A program made the position numbers and the translations under genes. From assembly GCA_951406725.2 (NCBI GenBank), contig OX597814.1, positions 73,222,001-73,286,000 on the forward strand: a stretch of DNA of 64,000 bases. Reading direction: 5' to 3'. Shown here piece after piece: positions 28,101 to 37,389 of the stretch. Position 1 is the first letter of the stretch; every line of letters begins with the position of its first letter. This DNA comes from Octopus vulgaris. Lineage: Eukaryota. The notes beneath the pieces were generated by a model, which saw only the letters and a program-made list of their open reading frames with translations, searched no databases and was not told where the DNA came from.

Positions 28101-31100
28101 ATTTATTATCAGTTTTGGAGAAAAAACTAGAAACTGTTGTTACACAATCAATGAAAGGGTAAGATATCTATTTTTTTTTTAATTGTTACAAAATATTTCC
28201 TTGCACTATATAAATGTGAAATTATATACTCAGTATTCTAATGATTCTGCCAGTTTGCTGTCTTAAAATGGTTTGCAACTGGACAGGGCCCTGGGATGAT
28301 GGGATCCTGGGGCCATAATGTGTGTTCAAGGTGTTGATGTTCACTGAGTCTTGCAATTTGCATCAGTTCACACAGAACTTTATCTTCTACTTTATCTTGG
28401 TGAAAGCTGCAGTATAGCTGGTTAGGATTGTTACATCCTGTTTAATCCTAAACATTCTGTTAATATTAGCAATTCCCACCAAATCTATTGTCATATAAAA
28501 GCAAAGTGGATTCAGTCAGTTTTGGCTTTTGGGGATTAATTAAATACATAAACTTTCAAACATTGAAAATGTGTTGCTTAGTGATTGTCTTGTGCTACTC
28601 TTTTACTTAGACTGAAAGACACTTTACTTCAACATGTACGAGAAGTTGTGAAGGATGAAGTGAACAAAGCCATGCGACTCCAAGGAAACACCATTAGTGA
28701 CAATGTATTAAGCGCAATGCGTTCGGGAGCTGTGACCCCAGTGCCTGGTACTCAAGATGTCCACATATTACAAAATCAGATACTGCGACTTTTAAACCAG
28801 GGACAGATAAATGCTGCTTTTCAACAGGTGAGACTCATTTTAAATAGAATATTGTGATTTTGTTTCCACTTTTAACTTTCTCAGAAACAAAATGTTGAAA
28901 TAAATTATAGTTTCTGGTAATTCTTCATAATCTAAGGGTTGTAATTCCCTTTATTTGATACGAATGAATATATACTTTCAATTAATAAGTGTTTTCTCTT
29001 GAACATTCTAATTATTTTTTCATTGTTCAATTAAATATTTTTGCTATTTTAGGCCTTGTCTGCTGCCAATCTAGAATTGGTAATACTTACTTGTGAGAAA
29101 GCTAATCCAGATCAAGTCTTTGGACAAATTCCTTTCCCATTACAACAACCTGTTCTTCTATCTTTGATTCAGCAACTATCAGCTGATATTGAAACACACA
29201 CTCTATTGAAACAAAAGTAAGTTCTTTCAGATATTAGTTTCTTGTTCAGAACACAAATATCTGTTTTTCAAAGGTGCATTTTTTATATAGGCACAAGCAT
29301 AAGTGTGTAGTAAGAAGTTTGTTTCCTAACCAAATGGCTCTTGGTTCAGTCCCACACCGTGGCATCCTGGGCAAGTGTCTTCTGCTATAGTGTAAAGCCA
29401 AGCAAAGCCTTGTGAGTGAATTGATGGAAACTGAGAGAAGTATGTGTGTGTGTGAGTTATATATATATATATATATATATATATTAAGGTATGTAGAAAA
29501 ATACAACATGGACAAGAACGTATAACTCTTAGAAGACGACACAATAAACACGGACAGGACATTCGAAACCCTCAGTCTTCAGTCAAGAACCGGATCATCG
29601 TAGTAATTTCGGCTGATTAATCTTGAGATTACTAGATCACGGCCAGCCCTCCAAGAAAAACCAAGCAACGAGCATTAGAAAAACTAAGCTGGAAGCGTAG
29701 ATTTCCTGGAAGAAGGATCGAATGCATACGAACACCAGGACAGCAAAAGGGACAGATATAAAAAAAACAAAAAACAATAATGGAATACAGAAACATGAAA
29801 TACAGAAGCATTAACGGTGAAAACAACAGTGTCTTACGACTGATAACAAGCAAACAAATTTTTTCTCTGGCGCAATGGAAAAAGCCTTTATAGTGGCGGA
29901 CGAAAACAGCGATGTTAACAAGACGAGGGTCAGAAACTGAAAGGCAGATTTCGGCCAACAGTCACGTGACAGAGAAGAGGGAAAAGAAAAGAAAGAGAAG
30001 CAAAGGAAGAGAGAGAGAGAGAGAGAGAGAGAGGAGGGACAAACGCAACAAAGAGAGAGAAGAGAGAGAAAGAAGGAATCAGAGAGGAGAAGGGATGGGT
30101 GTCGAAGAATGACCTGTGAGTGCAGAGCGAGACAAAGAAATAGGAGGGTAGTGGAAGACTAGACCAAAGAATCAGAGGAAAGAGAAGAGAAAAAGAGGAT
30201 GAGTAGAGAGAAAAGAGAGAGAGGGGGACAGATCAAGTAAAAATGAGAGAGAGAGAGAGACAAACAGAGAGTCGTACCAATTATTAAGAATATGTGCTCA
30301 CATAAATGTTAAGGGGGGTACGGGGCGCCTGGAATATATGTTAAGGTATGTAGAAAAATACAACATGGACAAGAACGTATAACTCTTAGAAGACGACACA
30401 ATAAACACGGACAGGACATTCGAAACCCTCAGTCTTCAGTCAAGAACCGGATCATCGTAGTAATTTCGGCTGATTAATCTTGAGATTACTAGATCACGGC
30501 CAGCCCTCCAAGAAAAACCAAGCAACGAGCATTAGAAAAACTAAGCTGGAAGCGTAGATTTCCTGGAAGAAGGATCGAATGCATACGAACACCAGGACAG
30601 CAAAAGGGACAGATATAAAAAAAACAAAAAACAATAATGGAATACAGAAACATGAAATACAGAAGCATTAACGGTGAAAACAACAGTGTCTTACGACTGA
30701 TAACAAGCAAACAAATTTTTTCTCTGGCGCAATGGAAAAAGCCTTTATAGTGGCGGACGAAAACAGCGATGTTAACAAGACGAGGGTCAGAAACTGAAAG
30801 GCAGATTTCGGCCAACAGTCACGTGACAGAGAAGAGGGAAAAGAAAAGAAAGAGAAGCAAAGGAAGAGAGAGAGAGAGGAGAGAGAGAGAGGAGGGACAA
30901 ACGCAACAAAGAGAGAGAAGAGAGAGAAAGAAGGAATCAGAGAGGAGAAGGGATGGGTGTCGAAGAATGACCTGTGAGTGCAGAGCGAGACAAAGAAATA
31001 GGAGGGTAGTGGAAGACTAGACCAAAGAATCAGAGGAAAGAGAAGAGAAAAAGAGGATGAGTAGAGAGAAAAGAGAGAGAGGGGGACAGATCAAGTAAAA

Positions 31101-32007
31101 ATGAGAGAGAGAGAGAGACAAACAGAGAGTCGTACCAATTATTAAGAATATGTGCTCACATAAATGTTAAGGGGGGTACGGGGCGCCTGGAATATATGTT
31201 AAGGTATGTAGAAAAATACAACATGGACAAGAACGTATAACTCTTAGAAGACGACACAATAAACACGGACAGGACATTCGAAACCCTCAGTCTTCAGTCA
31301 AGAACCGGATCATCGTAGTAATTTCGGCTGATTAATCTTGAGATTACTAGATCACGGCCAGCCCTCCAAGAAAAACCAAGCAACGAGCATTAGAAAAACT
31401 AAGCTGGAAGCGTAGATTTCCTGGAAGAAGGATCGAATGCATACGAACACCAGGACAGCAAAAGGGACAGATATAAAAAAAACAAAAAACAATAATGGAA
31501 TACAGAAACATGAAATACAGAAGCATTAACGGTGAAAACAACAGTGTCTATATATATATATCTACTATAATAATACTCTTGTGTTTTTCTCCATCACAAC
31601 ATATGAATGAGAAAGGAAGGAGTGATGGATGAATAAAGAAGGAAGGAAGGGGTGATGGCAGACTGGTAGTAGGATGATGAAAAAATCAAACAGCATTTCA
31701 ACTCTATGTATGTAAAAGGGAGGAAAGTGTGTGTGCGTGTGTGTAATGGTGAACATTCAACACTGAAAAGAAAAATCAAACAGCGTTTCAACTCTGTGTG
31801 TATGTGTGTATGTGTACTAGGGAAGTATGGGAATATTTGTATGTGTGAACCAACAAATGATGATCGATGTCACATCTCAAAAGACAACTACTAGATAACA
31901 TTGACAAGCGTATTAATTTGATTTACCATCTGTATTCTATCTTTTATCCTTATTTATACATAAAATACTACAATTAGACATCAATTTTGACGGTACTGGG
32001 CCAGCAA

Positions 32008-32051
<44 letters not shown>

Positions 32052-33130
32052 GGTAACATGCTATAAGATATTGTTATTCATATAGTGATTAGCAATTGTA
32101 TTATATTTAAAACCCTAGTTAAAGACAGAACAGAACATTGGAGGATCAATTTTGACTTTAGTTCAATGTTCAAGCATATAGGTTTTTTGTATAATTCTCA
32201 TTGACATCAGAAAGTGGTGCATAATCAGTAGTAATTATCTAAACATTTCAGAACATGTAAATATTGGTATCCAATTTTGGCACAAGGCCAGCATTTTTGG
32301 GGAGGTGATAAGTTGATTGGATTAACTCAGTGATCCACTGGTACTTATTTTATTGACTTTGAGAAGATGAAAGGTAAAGTCGACTCTGGTGTAAAGATGG
32401 ACAAAATGCAGCTAAGCCTTTTTCCTGGTGTGCTTATTGACATCTTGCCTGTTTTTAAAATTTTTTTTTATTTTGGGATAACTATTTTACAAGTGAGTTT
32501 GTTGTTGGTAAGGAAACTATGTAATTAAAACAATGCTGGGAAAAATAATTTTATGTTTGCTTTACTAATTACATTGAAAGGTCTCTGTTTAAGAAAGATA
32601 GGGCCATTCATACTCAGTTGTATTGTAGGGAGAATAATATTACAGTATATATTTGTAATATAATATTGTTTGTAGGTATTGTTTTTTCAGTACCCATAAA
32701 AGATAAGAAAAAGCAAAAACCAATTCCTGATGTAGAAATTGTGGTTTTACTGCATTGGTAGATTAGATTTAGTTTGTTAAATATAAATCTTATTTGAGAA
32801 AGAAGATTGTGTGTTTGATTGATAGGCTTGTAAGGTATTACCGTATAAATTGGACCTGAATGACCAGTAAGATAACTTAATTTCTCTTTGTTAAAACTCA
32901 TAAAACTGTTATAAATCTATTACTGAAGAGCTCCTTTTTAATTTTACAGGTATTTAGAAGAGGCAATTGTCAGCTTAGATACAACCAACCCAATCACTCA
33001 TGAACACAAAAGAAGTGTGCTCAATGGCCTTATCCCTAAATTGAACAATTTCATCCAATCACATCCAAATTCTCCTGATCGCCGATCAATCAGTAAACTC
33101 TTCATGCTTGCTCAGGCACATCTTAACTAA
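3105..33130 (+). CDS. EDC4: Enhancer of mRNA-decapping protein 4 (Ge-1/Hedls), 5'-partial, 18 coding exons in window (~996 aa)
   Basis: Spliced translation matches recalled EDC4 motifs: WD40 end (FWKYAVTGGNYNQELKVWSCVSWTCLQTIRF; ALDLSARYLVLTDFRRKVLY; SSISEFLL), Ser-rich linker, coiled coil (AYRESFQNIVIPNFE) and C-terminal domain (QGQINAAFQQALSAANLELV...PLQQPVLLSLIQQLS...YLEEAIVSLD). All 17 introns are GT-AG and phase-consistent. Confidence 0.95.
3339..3444 (+). CDS. EDC4: EDC4 exon (FLDPPSHLETKTELCMKVALDLSARYLVLTDFRRK)
   Basis: gacag|A...AAA|gtaagt. Confidence 0.92.
3722..4280 (-). mobile_element. Old RTE LINE 3' fragment
   Basis: Minus-strand MLNGSETWA...LREKLGIKGIKCSVQDRKLHW homologous to the C-terminus of the RTE at 1-2516; degenerate tail near 3722. 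Confidence 0.75.
4826..5000 (+). CDS. EDC4: EDC4 exon (VLYILNLHQ...SSISEFLLARPCLSF...EELTT)
   Basis: catag|GTT...G|gtaggg. Confidence 0.92.
5700..5796 (+). CDS. EDC4: EDC4 exon (GEIEQDNSKKLFEDEDSTIVDGVLVELYAVHS)
   Basis: gaag|GA...AC|gtaagt; resembles EDC4 GVLIKLFCVH motif. Confidence 0.88.
5923..6017 (+). CDS. EDC4: EDC4 exon (ILQELNIRFKTEVAQSDSEVQAVGSKSQDGI)
   Basis: tacag|A...G|gtaagt. Confidence 0.88.
6233..6625 (-). mobile_element. RTE LINE 3' end fragment
   Basis: (CAT)n tail, then the reverse complement of GGTTGGCATTACGAAGGGCATCCAG and the ORF end, matching the tail at 2950-3057. Confidence 0.75.
7089..7126. repeat. (TC)n(AC)n microsatellite
   Basis: Direct reading. Confidence 0.9.
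7380..7497 (+). CDS. EDC4: EDC4 exon (VLKDGLSDVSNIMDTSVPDSSESSRGEKAPVLLTPDAFT)
   Basis: ttttag|TT...AG|gttaat; LLTPDAF resembles the EDC4 linker motif; an alternative in-frame acceptor exists at 7340/7341. Confidence 0.8.
7885..8269 (+). CDS. EDC4: EDC4 exon, Ser/Thr-rich linker (SKPYSLQ...KMSQQVS)
   Basis: tttcag|T...TCG|gtgagc; open frame, phase-consistent. Confidence 0.85.
9726..10021 (+). CDS. EDC4: EDC4 exon (QAAVVVSGS...EWPKPPDVSTDGPRIASEKVCN)
   Basis: tttcag|CAA...GT|gtaagt; WPxPPD motif. Confidence 0.87.
10124..12508 (+). mobile_element. Internally deleted Ty3/Gypsy LTR retrotransposon (gag plus integrase remnant)
   Basis: LTRs 10124-10384 and 12242-12508 (TG...CA, diverged); PBS-like TGGTGATAAG after the 5' LTR; PPT AAAAGGGACGA before the 3' LTR; near-TSD TTTTT/CTTTT; gag (FSAYFRRYE, two zinc knuckles CYGCGETHFERSC / CCECGKIRHNSHC) joined to integrase core (FARYGVPDTIVSDNGTQF...SNGRAECFVDTFK). 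Confidence 0.9.
12560..12749 (+). mobile_element. Short piggyBac-type MITE remnant
   Basis: Ends GGGTTAGTATCAAAATAG-TTAA, like the right end of the piggyBac at 24206-25722; internal similarity to its left part. Confidence 0.55.
13383..13508 (+). CDS. EDC4: EDC4 exon, acidic (REGQDIDDDEEEDEDYSLLVDASSNSKGKQPKPLARQIQLT)
   Basis: ttctag|G...AG|gtaatg; 126 nt, phase 2-2. Confidence 0.82.
13677..13915 (-). mobile_element. Second copy of the same MITE, inverted
   Basis: Reverse-complement similarity to 12560-12749 (e.g. TTTCCATCAAAA..TTTCATGTTAATT vs AATTAACAATGAAATTTTGATGAAA). Confidence 0.55.
14020..14975 (+). mobile_element. Old RTE LINE internal fragment
   Basis: KECVRQHRLV, RLLNMENTWDKE..EGPA..VDSSVVDKA, DEMQF similar to 170-1240. 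Confidence 0.75.
16048..16916 (-). mobile_element. RTE LINE fragment (RT/PHD region joined to 3' tail, internal deletion)
   Basis: Reverse complement encodes FQVWKQNLESKGLRVNLAKTKV, the PHD finger (ending VCGGC) and DSFRYLG; (CAT)n tail at 16048; 30-bp tandem duplication at ~16404-16462. Confidence 0.85.
17236..17314 (+). CDS. EDC4: EDC4 exon (EPAAPPIHEAPVQIIREVVEPQSLKD)
   Basis: tgtag|T...GAT|gtaagt. Confidence 0.85.
17447..17681 (+). CDS. EDC4: EDC4 exon, Gln-rich coiled coil (IQAMLSTINNK...MHQQSQRE)
   Basis: ttgtag|ATT...GAA C|gtatcctt. Confidence 0.9.
17965..19186 (+). mobile_element. Mariner DNA transposon (irritans/Hsmar2-like), defective
   Basis: TA-flanked TIRs CGAGGGGCGTTCAATAAGTAATGCC; transposase from 18132 (MEHVECRAVIRFL, RSGRP, WIPRLL, DKTWVHHYD, LLQDNAP, PPYSPD) with frameshifts, stops and a deletion over the third catalytic Asp. 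Confidence 0.93.
19212..20488 (+). mobile_element. Mariner DNA transposon of a second family, defective
   Basis: TA-flanked imperfect TIRs TTGGGACATCCCATAAATAATG / CATTATTTATGGGATGATCCAA; transposase MEVTKEHIRHILLYEF, VTGDEK, FHQDNVQPH, PPYSSDVAPSNYHL. Confidence 0.92.
21500..22990 (+). mobile_element. Highly decayed CR1/L2-group LINE remnants
   Basis: Duplicated ~45-bp piece encoding LLTLYKAQ (~21524 and ~22140), followed by an ECFPHIW motif similar to the EYCSHIW RT C-terminal motif; boundaries approximate. Confidence 0.4.
23220..23372 (+). CDS. EDC4: EDC4 exon (HQRYQEILNETQSYDKKHEALVNTLWQAVDTTLRKNLEVIVKSEMKNNVLP)
   Basis: ttccttaactattcag|AC...A|gtgagt. Confidence 0.9.
24206..25722 (-). 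mobile_element. Non-autonomous piggyBac element
   Basis: TTAA target duplications at 24202-24205 and 25723-25726; termini CCCTTTCTTTACTA / TAGTATTGAAAGGG (12/14 inverted match); minus-strand acidic remnant (SSDSEETESGDSDNND) like a piggyBac transposase N-terminus. Confidence 0.8.
25383..25709. repeat. 44-bp minisatellite, 7 full units plus a partial, subterminal in the piggyBac
   Basis: Unit CAGCTGGCTACAGCTGGGTTGGTCTTATGAACCAAAAAACTTTT; GGTCTTATGAACC at 25401, 25445, 25489, 25533, 25577, 25622, 25666. Confidence 0.95.
25762..25877 (+). CDS. EDC4: EDC4 exon (MMQSLESIKMDLTREVAQKLSASDAILKENLAKLVRNR)
   Basis: attag|CC...AGA|gtgagt. Confidence 0.92.
26384..26549 (+). CDS. EDC4: EDC4 exon (QTIEAIG...AYRESFQNIVIPNFERTSQNMYNQVHDTFQKGTKE)
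   Basis: tttcag|CAA...T|gtaagt. Confidence 0.93.
27414..27775 (-). mobile_element. RTE LINE RT fragment
   Basis: MKVMERV...DEMQFGFVLGRSTTDAIFLVRQLQEKYLAKDKPLYLAFVDLEKAFDRVP. Confidence 0.9.
27972..28158 (+). CDS. EDC4: EDC4 exon (YLVQLQQHLEVGRRRQMEVWDPVVSQL...QSMKG)
   Basis: tgtag|AC...GG|gtaaga. Confidence 0.92.
28611..28827 (+). CDS. EDC4: EDC4 exon (LKDTLLQHV...AMRSGAVTPVP...QGQINAAFQQ)
   Basis: cttag|A...CAG|gtgaga. Confidence 0.94.
29053..29216 (+). CDS. EDC4: EDC4 exon (ALSAANLELVILTCEKANPDQVFGQIPFPLQQPVLLSLIQQLSADIETHTLLKQ)
   Basis: ttttag|GCC...AA|gtaagt. Confidence 0.95.
29289..29442 (+). mobile_element. tRNA-derived SINE, 5' part
   Basis: A/B-box-like head (GTGTGTAGTAAGAAG...GGTTCAGTCCC) followed by CTGGGCAAGTGTCTTCT core; a related minus-strand copy lies at ~44270-44420. 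Confidence 0.7.
29484..31548. repeat. 857/858-bp unit in 2.4 tandem copies (A-B-A-B-A), flanked by (TA)n; probable non-autonomous retroelement
   Basis: TTAAGGTATGTAGAAAAATAC starts at 29484, 30341 and 31199; copies near-identical; the array ends at ACAGTGTC followed by TATATA. Confidence 0.92.
31561..32008 (+). mobile_element. Possible non-autonomous Helitron
   Basis: Starts TCTACTATAATAA after A; ends with a short GC hairpin (CTGGGCCAG) and CAAG|T (CTAG-like); internal 33-bp direct repeat. Confidence 0.45.
32270..32440 (-). mobile_element. tRNA-derived SINE (second family), fragment
   Basis: Reverse complement of the GTCGACTTTACCTTTCATC...AATAAGTACCAG core also seen at 45590-45760 and 52165-52340. 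Confidence 0.7.
32950..33130 (+). CDS. EDC4: EDC4 last coding exon (YLEEAIVSLDTTNPITHEH...LFMLAQAHLN*)
   Basis: ttacag|G; TAA at 33128-33130. Confidence 0.95.
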
Positions 33131-33463
33131 AACTTAAATTGAAAACTTTTCCACATTCTTTTGCTCTTCGACCTGTAAACCTGGGTCACTATTTGTCAGG
33201 TCTGCTCATTGATTGCAGATATGTATCTGGACATTTTTTAAAATTTATATTTTTTAAGTTCAAGTAGCTGATCCTTGGTAAAAACAGATTGTGGCTGTCA
33301 ACTAGCTGATCCGTGTTACAGATTGTAACTGTTAACTGGCTGATCCATGATACAAACAGATCATAATTGCAGCTGTGATAATTTAGTCAGTTTCTTTCAC
33401 ATAATGCACTCACCAATGCATTTGCATATCTTCATGTATAGAAAAAAAACCCCAAACAAACCA

Positions 33464-33474
33464 AATAAAATAAA
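33464..33474 (+). promoter_or_regulatory. Candidate EDC4 polyadenylation signal (overlapping AATAAA pair)
   Basis: AATAAAATAAA ~335 nt after the stop; other AATAAA copies at ~33649 and ~33989. Confidence 0.35.
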
Positions 33475-34069
33475 CTCATTATAATCATTCTTTTTTAATA
33501 TAGATTGAATTTATGTATATGTGCAAGGGGTATTTTTATATTATTCCTTGAAAGATATTTTCATATTTTCAGCATGAATAGGTTTTTCTTTTTTATCTTT
33601 ATGAATGTGTGAAATTTGGTCTGAAAAGATTACCTCAGTGAGAAAGTAAATAAATGCAGTTTTAGTAGAATGCATTACTGTGGCCAGAGTTATTGCCAGC
33701 AAGTCATATGTTTATGTGTCGATGTAAGTTTATCCTTGTTATTTTGTTAAATGCCCTACAGGTATGTATATGTGAATGTGTATGTATACTTAAACTGCTT
33801 CATCATCATCTACCAAGAACATTCGGTTAATTAAAACCAATTAAAACCAATTTTGAAAGCTGGTATAACAGATTTGCTTGATATTGTCTAGACATATTAA
33901 CAGGTTTTTATTTGAGATTAAACTATTCAGAATCAAAACAAACTGGCTGAAAGAGGTATTCAATATAAAAGAAAGATGAAATACAAACAATAAAAATCAA
34001 AATAGGTAAAATTTTTACTAGTATATTATCTTTTTACTTTTTATTAGGTTATTTTTCCTTGTTTTAATA

Positions 34070-35470
34070 TTTAATGTTAGTGTTCCATTTGACATGGGTT
34101 GGACAGGGTCTGATTGGTCCAAAGACCACATTATGCTCCAGTGTTTGCCATGGCATGATTTCTTTGGCTGGATGCCCTTCTTAATGCCAACAACTTAACA
34201 GCATGTTCTGCAGTTGAGGAAGGTAGAGGAGTGGTGAAGAGTGGACTGGATAGTAGTAGTGATACAGTTTACTTGGAGGATAATAGAAAGATGGATAGTC
34301 TACAAGAGTGGTAGGTATAGAGACAGATGTAGTGCATGAGGGGAGCTAATTTGGTGGTTCAGTGGGATGGGATGAATCACTAATGTGAGTGAGGAGAACA
34401 ATAATAGAAGAATGGCTAACAAGTGAAATGGTTCCAGGTAGCAAGAAATATAGAATGGTCTCAAGATGGAGTCATGGGAGAGAGATAGATGGTGGTGGTG
34501 GGGATGTTTAGAGGAGATTAGGCAGGGTACTCATTTGTTTATATTCATGCACACAGTGCTTCCAGATGTCAGTTTTGTTGGGGTAAGAAGGTCCTAATAA
34601 GAACCTTGTATCGCCAGATATCTTAATCCTTTGTCATCACCTCTGAGAGGCTCAGGGTTTCAAGATCAGCTTTCACCACTTCATCCCATGTCTTCCTGTG
34701 TGTCTCTCTTCCACAAGTTCCTACTACATTTAGTGATTAGTACTTACGCTAGTTGACTTCATCTGTATGCATCACATGTTCATACCCAGACAGGCCTCTT
34801 TCTTGCACACCACATCTGATTCCTCTTATGCTCAGTTTTTCTCTCTCTACATTTATACTGTGTTGGTCATTCAAACATTGCACATCCAATGAAGCATGCT
34901 CATTTCATTTCTTTCCACTCTTAAGTCTGCTGTGTTCAAGGATCTGTTGCACTACCATGCAGCTTTGCAGCTCTAATACAAGCATCATACTCTGCCTTTT
35001 ACTCAATGGAAAAATACCTTTATTGTCAGCAGCATTACTTGTTTACTGAACTTTCTCCCACTTATTCTCATGTTGGCTACTGTGTTTTTGGAGCAGCCAC
35101 TTCCCTTACGAATTATATCTTCCCCGTAACATATGCTACCAACTACTTCTAGTAAGCCCTCCCAACATTCAAGAGCATCTGTTTCTGGTGTGTTCAATAA
35201 TATGTACTTCTCCAGTGCATCCATCACATATGAAGCTTATGTTCTCTGCTAGTTTGCCTTTGATTCCACTGCATCTCTTGTATGTCCATAGCTTACATTT
35301 TGTACAGCATATGAAGTTTATACTTACTCCTTTTCTGCATGTTGAGTAAGGTAATTTCCTTGAAGATACCAGAGCCCTGTCTTATTTACTAGAATCTTTG
35401 TTTTTGCTAAATTTACCTTAAGCTTCCCTACTTGCTAGAGCTTTTGTCTTTGCCAAGTTTACTTGAACGT
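34070..35470 (-). mobile_element. Old RTE LINE, 3' portion; continues at 36960-37280 beyond the CR1 insertion
   Basis: Tail motif at 34150-34195; ORF end at ~34620-34900; PHD remnant at ~35270-35345. Confidence 0.7.
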
Positions 35471-35519
35471 GAACTTGTTTCATTGTTTTGAAAAAAATTC
35501 ATTATAGTTGAACGATTTA

Positions 35520-36753
35520 GTTAGTTAGTTAGTTAGTTAATTTGACTCAAAAGCAAATAGCAAGGCCATGTAGGGGGACATGGAGTTAAGTACAGGGTGG
35601 TGTTCATGTAAAGAGTTCAGGCCACTTGAGGTCAAGGGAGGCTTTGAACAAAGCGGTCGTCGGCATCTTCACCATCTCGTCTGGCAGCTTGTTCCACGGA
35701 TCCGCAACCCGGACGGAGAAAGCTCCTCTCCTTCGATTGAGATGAAATCGTCGCGGGTAGAGCTTTTCGGAATGACCCCGCGGCCGACGCCCTGGAGCAG
35801 GAGTGAAGAACAGCTCTTTCGAGAGGTTACACTTTCCGCTTATGATGTTGTGGAGAATGAGATCACCACGGCGGCGGCGTTTTTCAAGAGAATAAAGGTC
35901 GAGCGTCCTCAGCCTTTCTTCGTATGACAAATTTTTGAGACCATGAACCATGCGGGTAGCCAGCTTCTGGACTCTTTCGAGATGCTGTATGTCTTTGAGG
36001 AGATAAGGAGAAGAGGCTTGAATCCCGTACTCCAATATGGGTCTCACCAGCATGACATAGAGTGGTAGGAATATGGCTGCTGTGAGCATTCCGAATGACC
36101 GTCGAATCAAGAACAGAATTCCGCATGCTTTGTTGGCAGCATGGACGCACTGGGCCGAAGGCGAAAAGGAGGAATCCACCAAGATACCCAGGTCCTTTAC
36201 CTGATCGGTCCTCTCCAGCAGCAGACGACCCGGCTCGAAATCAAGTTGAGTTGCAGGAGGAGAGCCGACAGGCAGATGACAGCACTTTGACACGTTCAGA
36301 CACAGGTCCCATTTGTTAGACCACTTCCAAATTTGGTGGAGGCATCGACGAAGATCCTCTATATCACCGCGAGGAGCGACCAGTTTGATATCGTCGGCAA
36401 ATAGAAGGGTGTGTTGCGTGAGGTCGTCGGGCAAGTCATTTATGAAGACTAAGAACAACAAGGGCCCAAGCACTGAACCTTGAGGCACGCCACTGCTCGC
36501 ACTGGAGACGTCGGACCGCGAACCATTAACTTGGACTTGGAAGGAGCGATCTGAGAGGAAGGCACCAACCCATCGTACAATATCCGGATGGAAACTATAT
36601 GCTTGAAGCTTGACAAGTAATAGGCGGTGGTTTACCGAGTCAAAAGCTTTGGCAAAGTCCAATAAAACGATGTCAACAGCATCACTATCATCGAGGATGC
36701 GCGTCACCAATTCTTCCATTACTAGTAAGTTGGTCAAGCATGATCTCTTCGGC
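35520..36753 (-). mobile_element. 5'-truncated CR1-clade LINE, young
   Basis: Uninterrupted RT frame (ORF track 35604-36755, 383 aa; LLDFAKAFDSVNH, GVPQGSVLGPLLF, LFADD, RPILEYG, WNKLP); (TAAC)n 3' tail; 8-bp TSD ACGATTTA at 35512-35519 and 36754-36761. Confidence 0.93.
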
Positions 36754-36959
36754 ACGATTTACATTCAGAGTAAACATTTGAAGAAAGTGTTGATGTTTTT
36801 CCTCATTGTTAATTTCTTTAATTTAAAAAAAATTTGTTTATTATACTTGCATGAATAAGGAAATCTTCACATGTAAACTTTAGAGCTCAGGAAGTGTAAT
36901 ACTTATAGTGTTTAAAGACATTTTACTGTTGGATATTCCTTTTTGACACAATTCTGAAT

Positions 36960-37280
36960 TATTGAGATGTTTGACAAAGATAATTTTCCATGCTTGTAGA
37001 GGTTGACTGAGTTGTTGATTCCTAACTTGCGTACTAAACTCATTGCTGTACTCATAGCTAACTCTGATGTTACTGATAGCACCTCTGTACATGGATTATC
37101 TTGCCCTTACAAGCCATTCATTTATCCCTACTTACAAATGGTGGAATTCTGTCAAAGGCCTTCCCATGGTCGTCAAATGCTAGGTATAGTAATTTCTAGT
37201 TCAGTACTTTCAATTGTCTCTTTAAGAAGAGGACATCAGGCGTACCCTTTCCTGGCACACAGCCTAATTGTATTAGTCTA
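36960..37280 (-). mobile_element. RTE LINE RT remnant
   Basis: MYRGAISNIRVSYEYSNEF homologous to MYRDAVSKVRVGNEYSEEF at 1394. Confidence 0.65.
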
Positions 37281-37389
37281 GGCTTTCTGTATATCTATTT
37301 CTAACAAGTTTTGCTATAACTATTTGTCTTTTTGCACAATCTCTTGTATGTTAATTATATTGGAGTTGGGAAACATTTTTTTGTTATCA

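Noticed and set aside
29550-29660. Complete hammerhead ribozyme in the 857-bp unit
   Set aside because: CTGAAGA and CGAAA occur on the minus strand but stems I and III could not be paired in any canonical topology; kept only as a hint in the finding
29632-31541. Repeated 108-aa hydrophobic minus-strand ORFs
   Set aside because: They arise from the tandem unit's T-rich strand; non-ATG start and no recognisable domain
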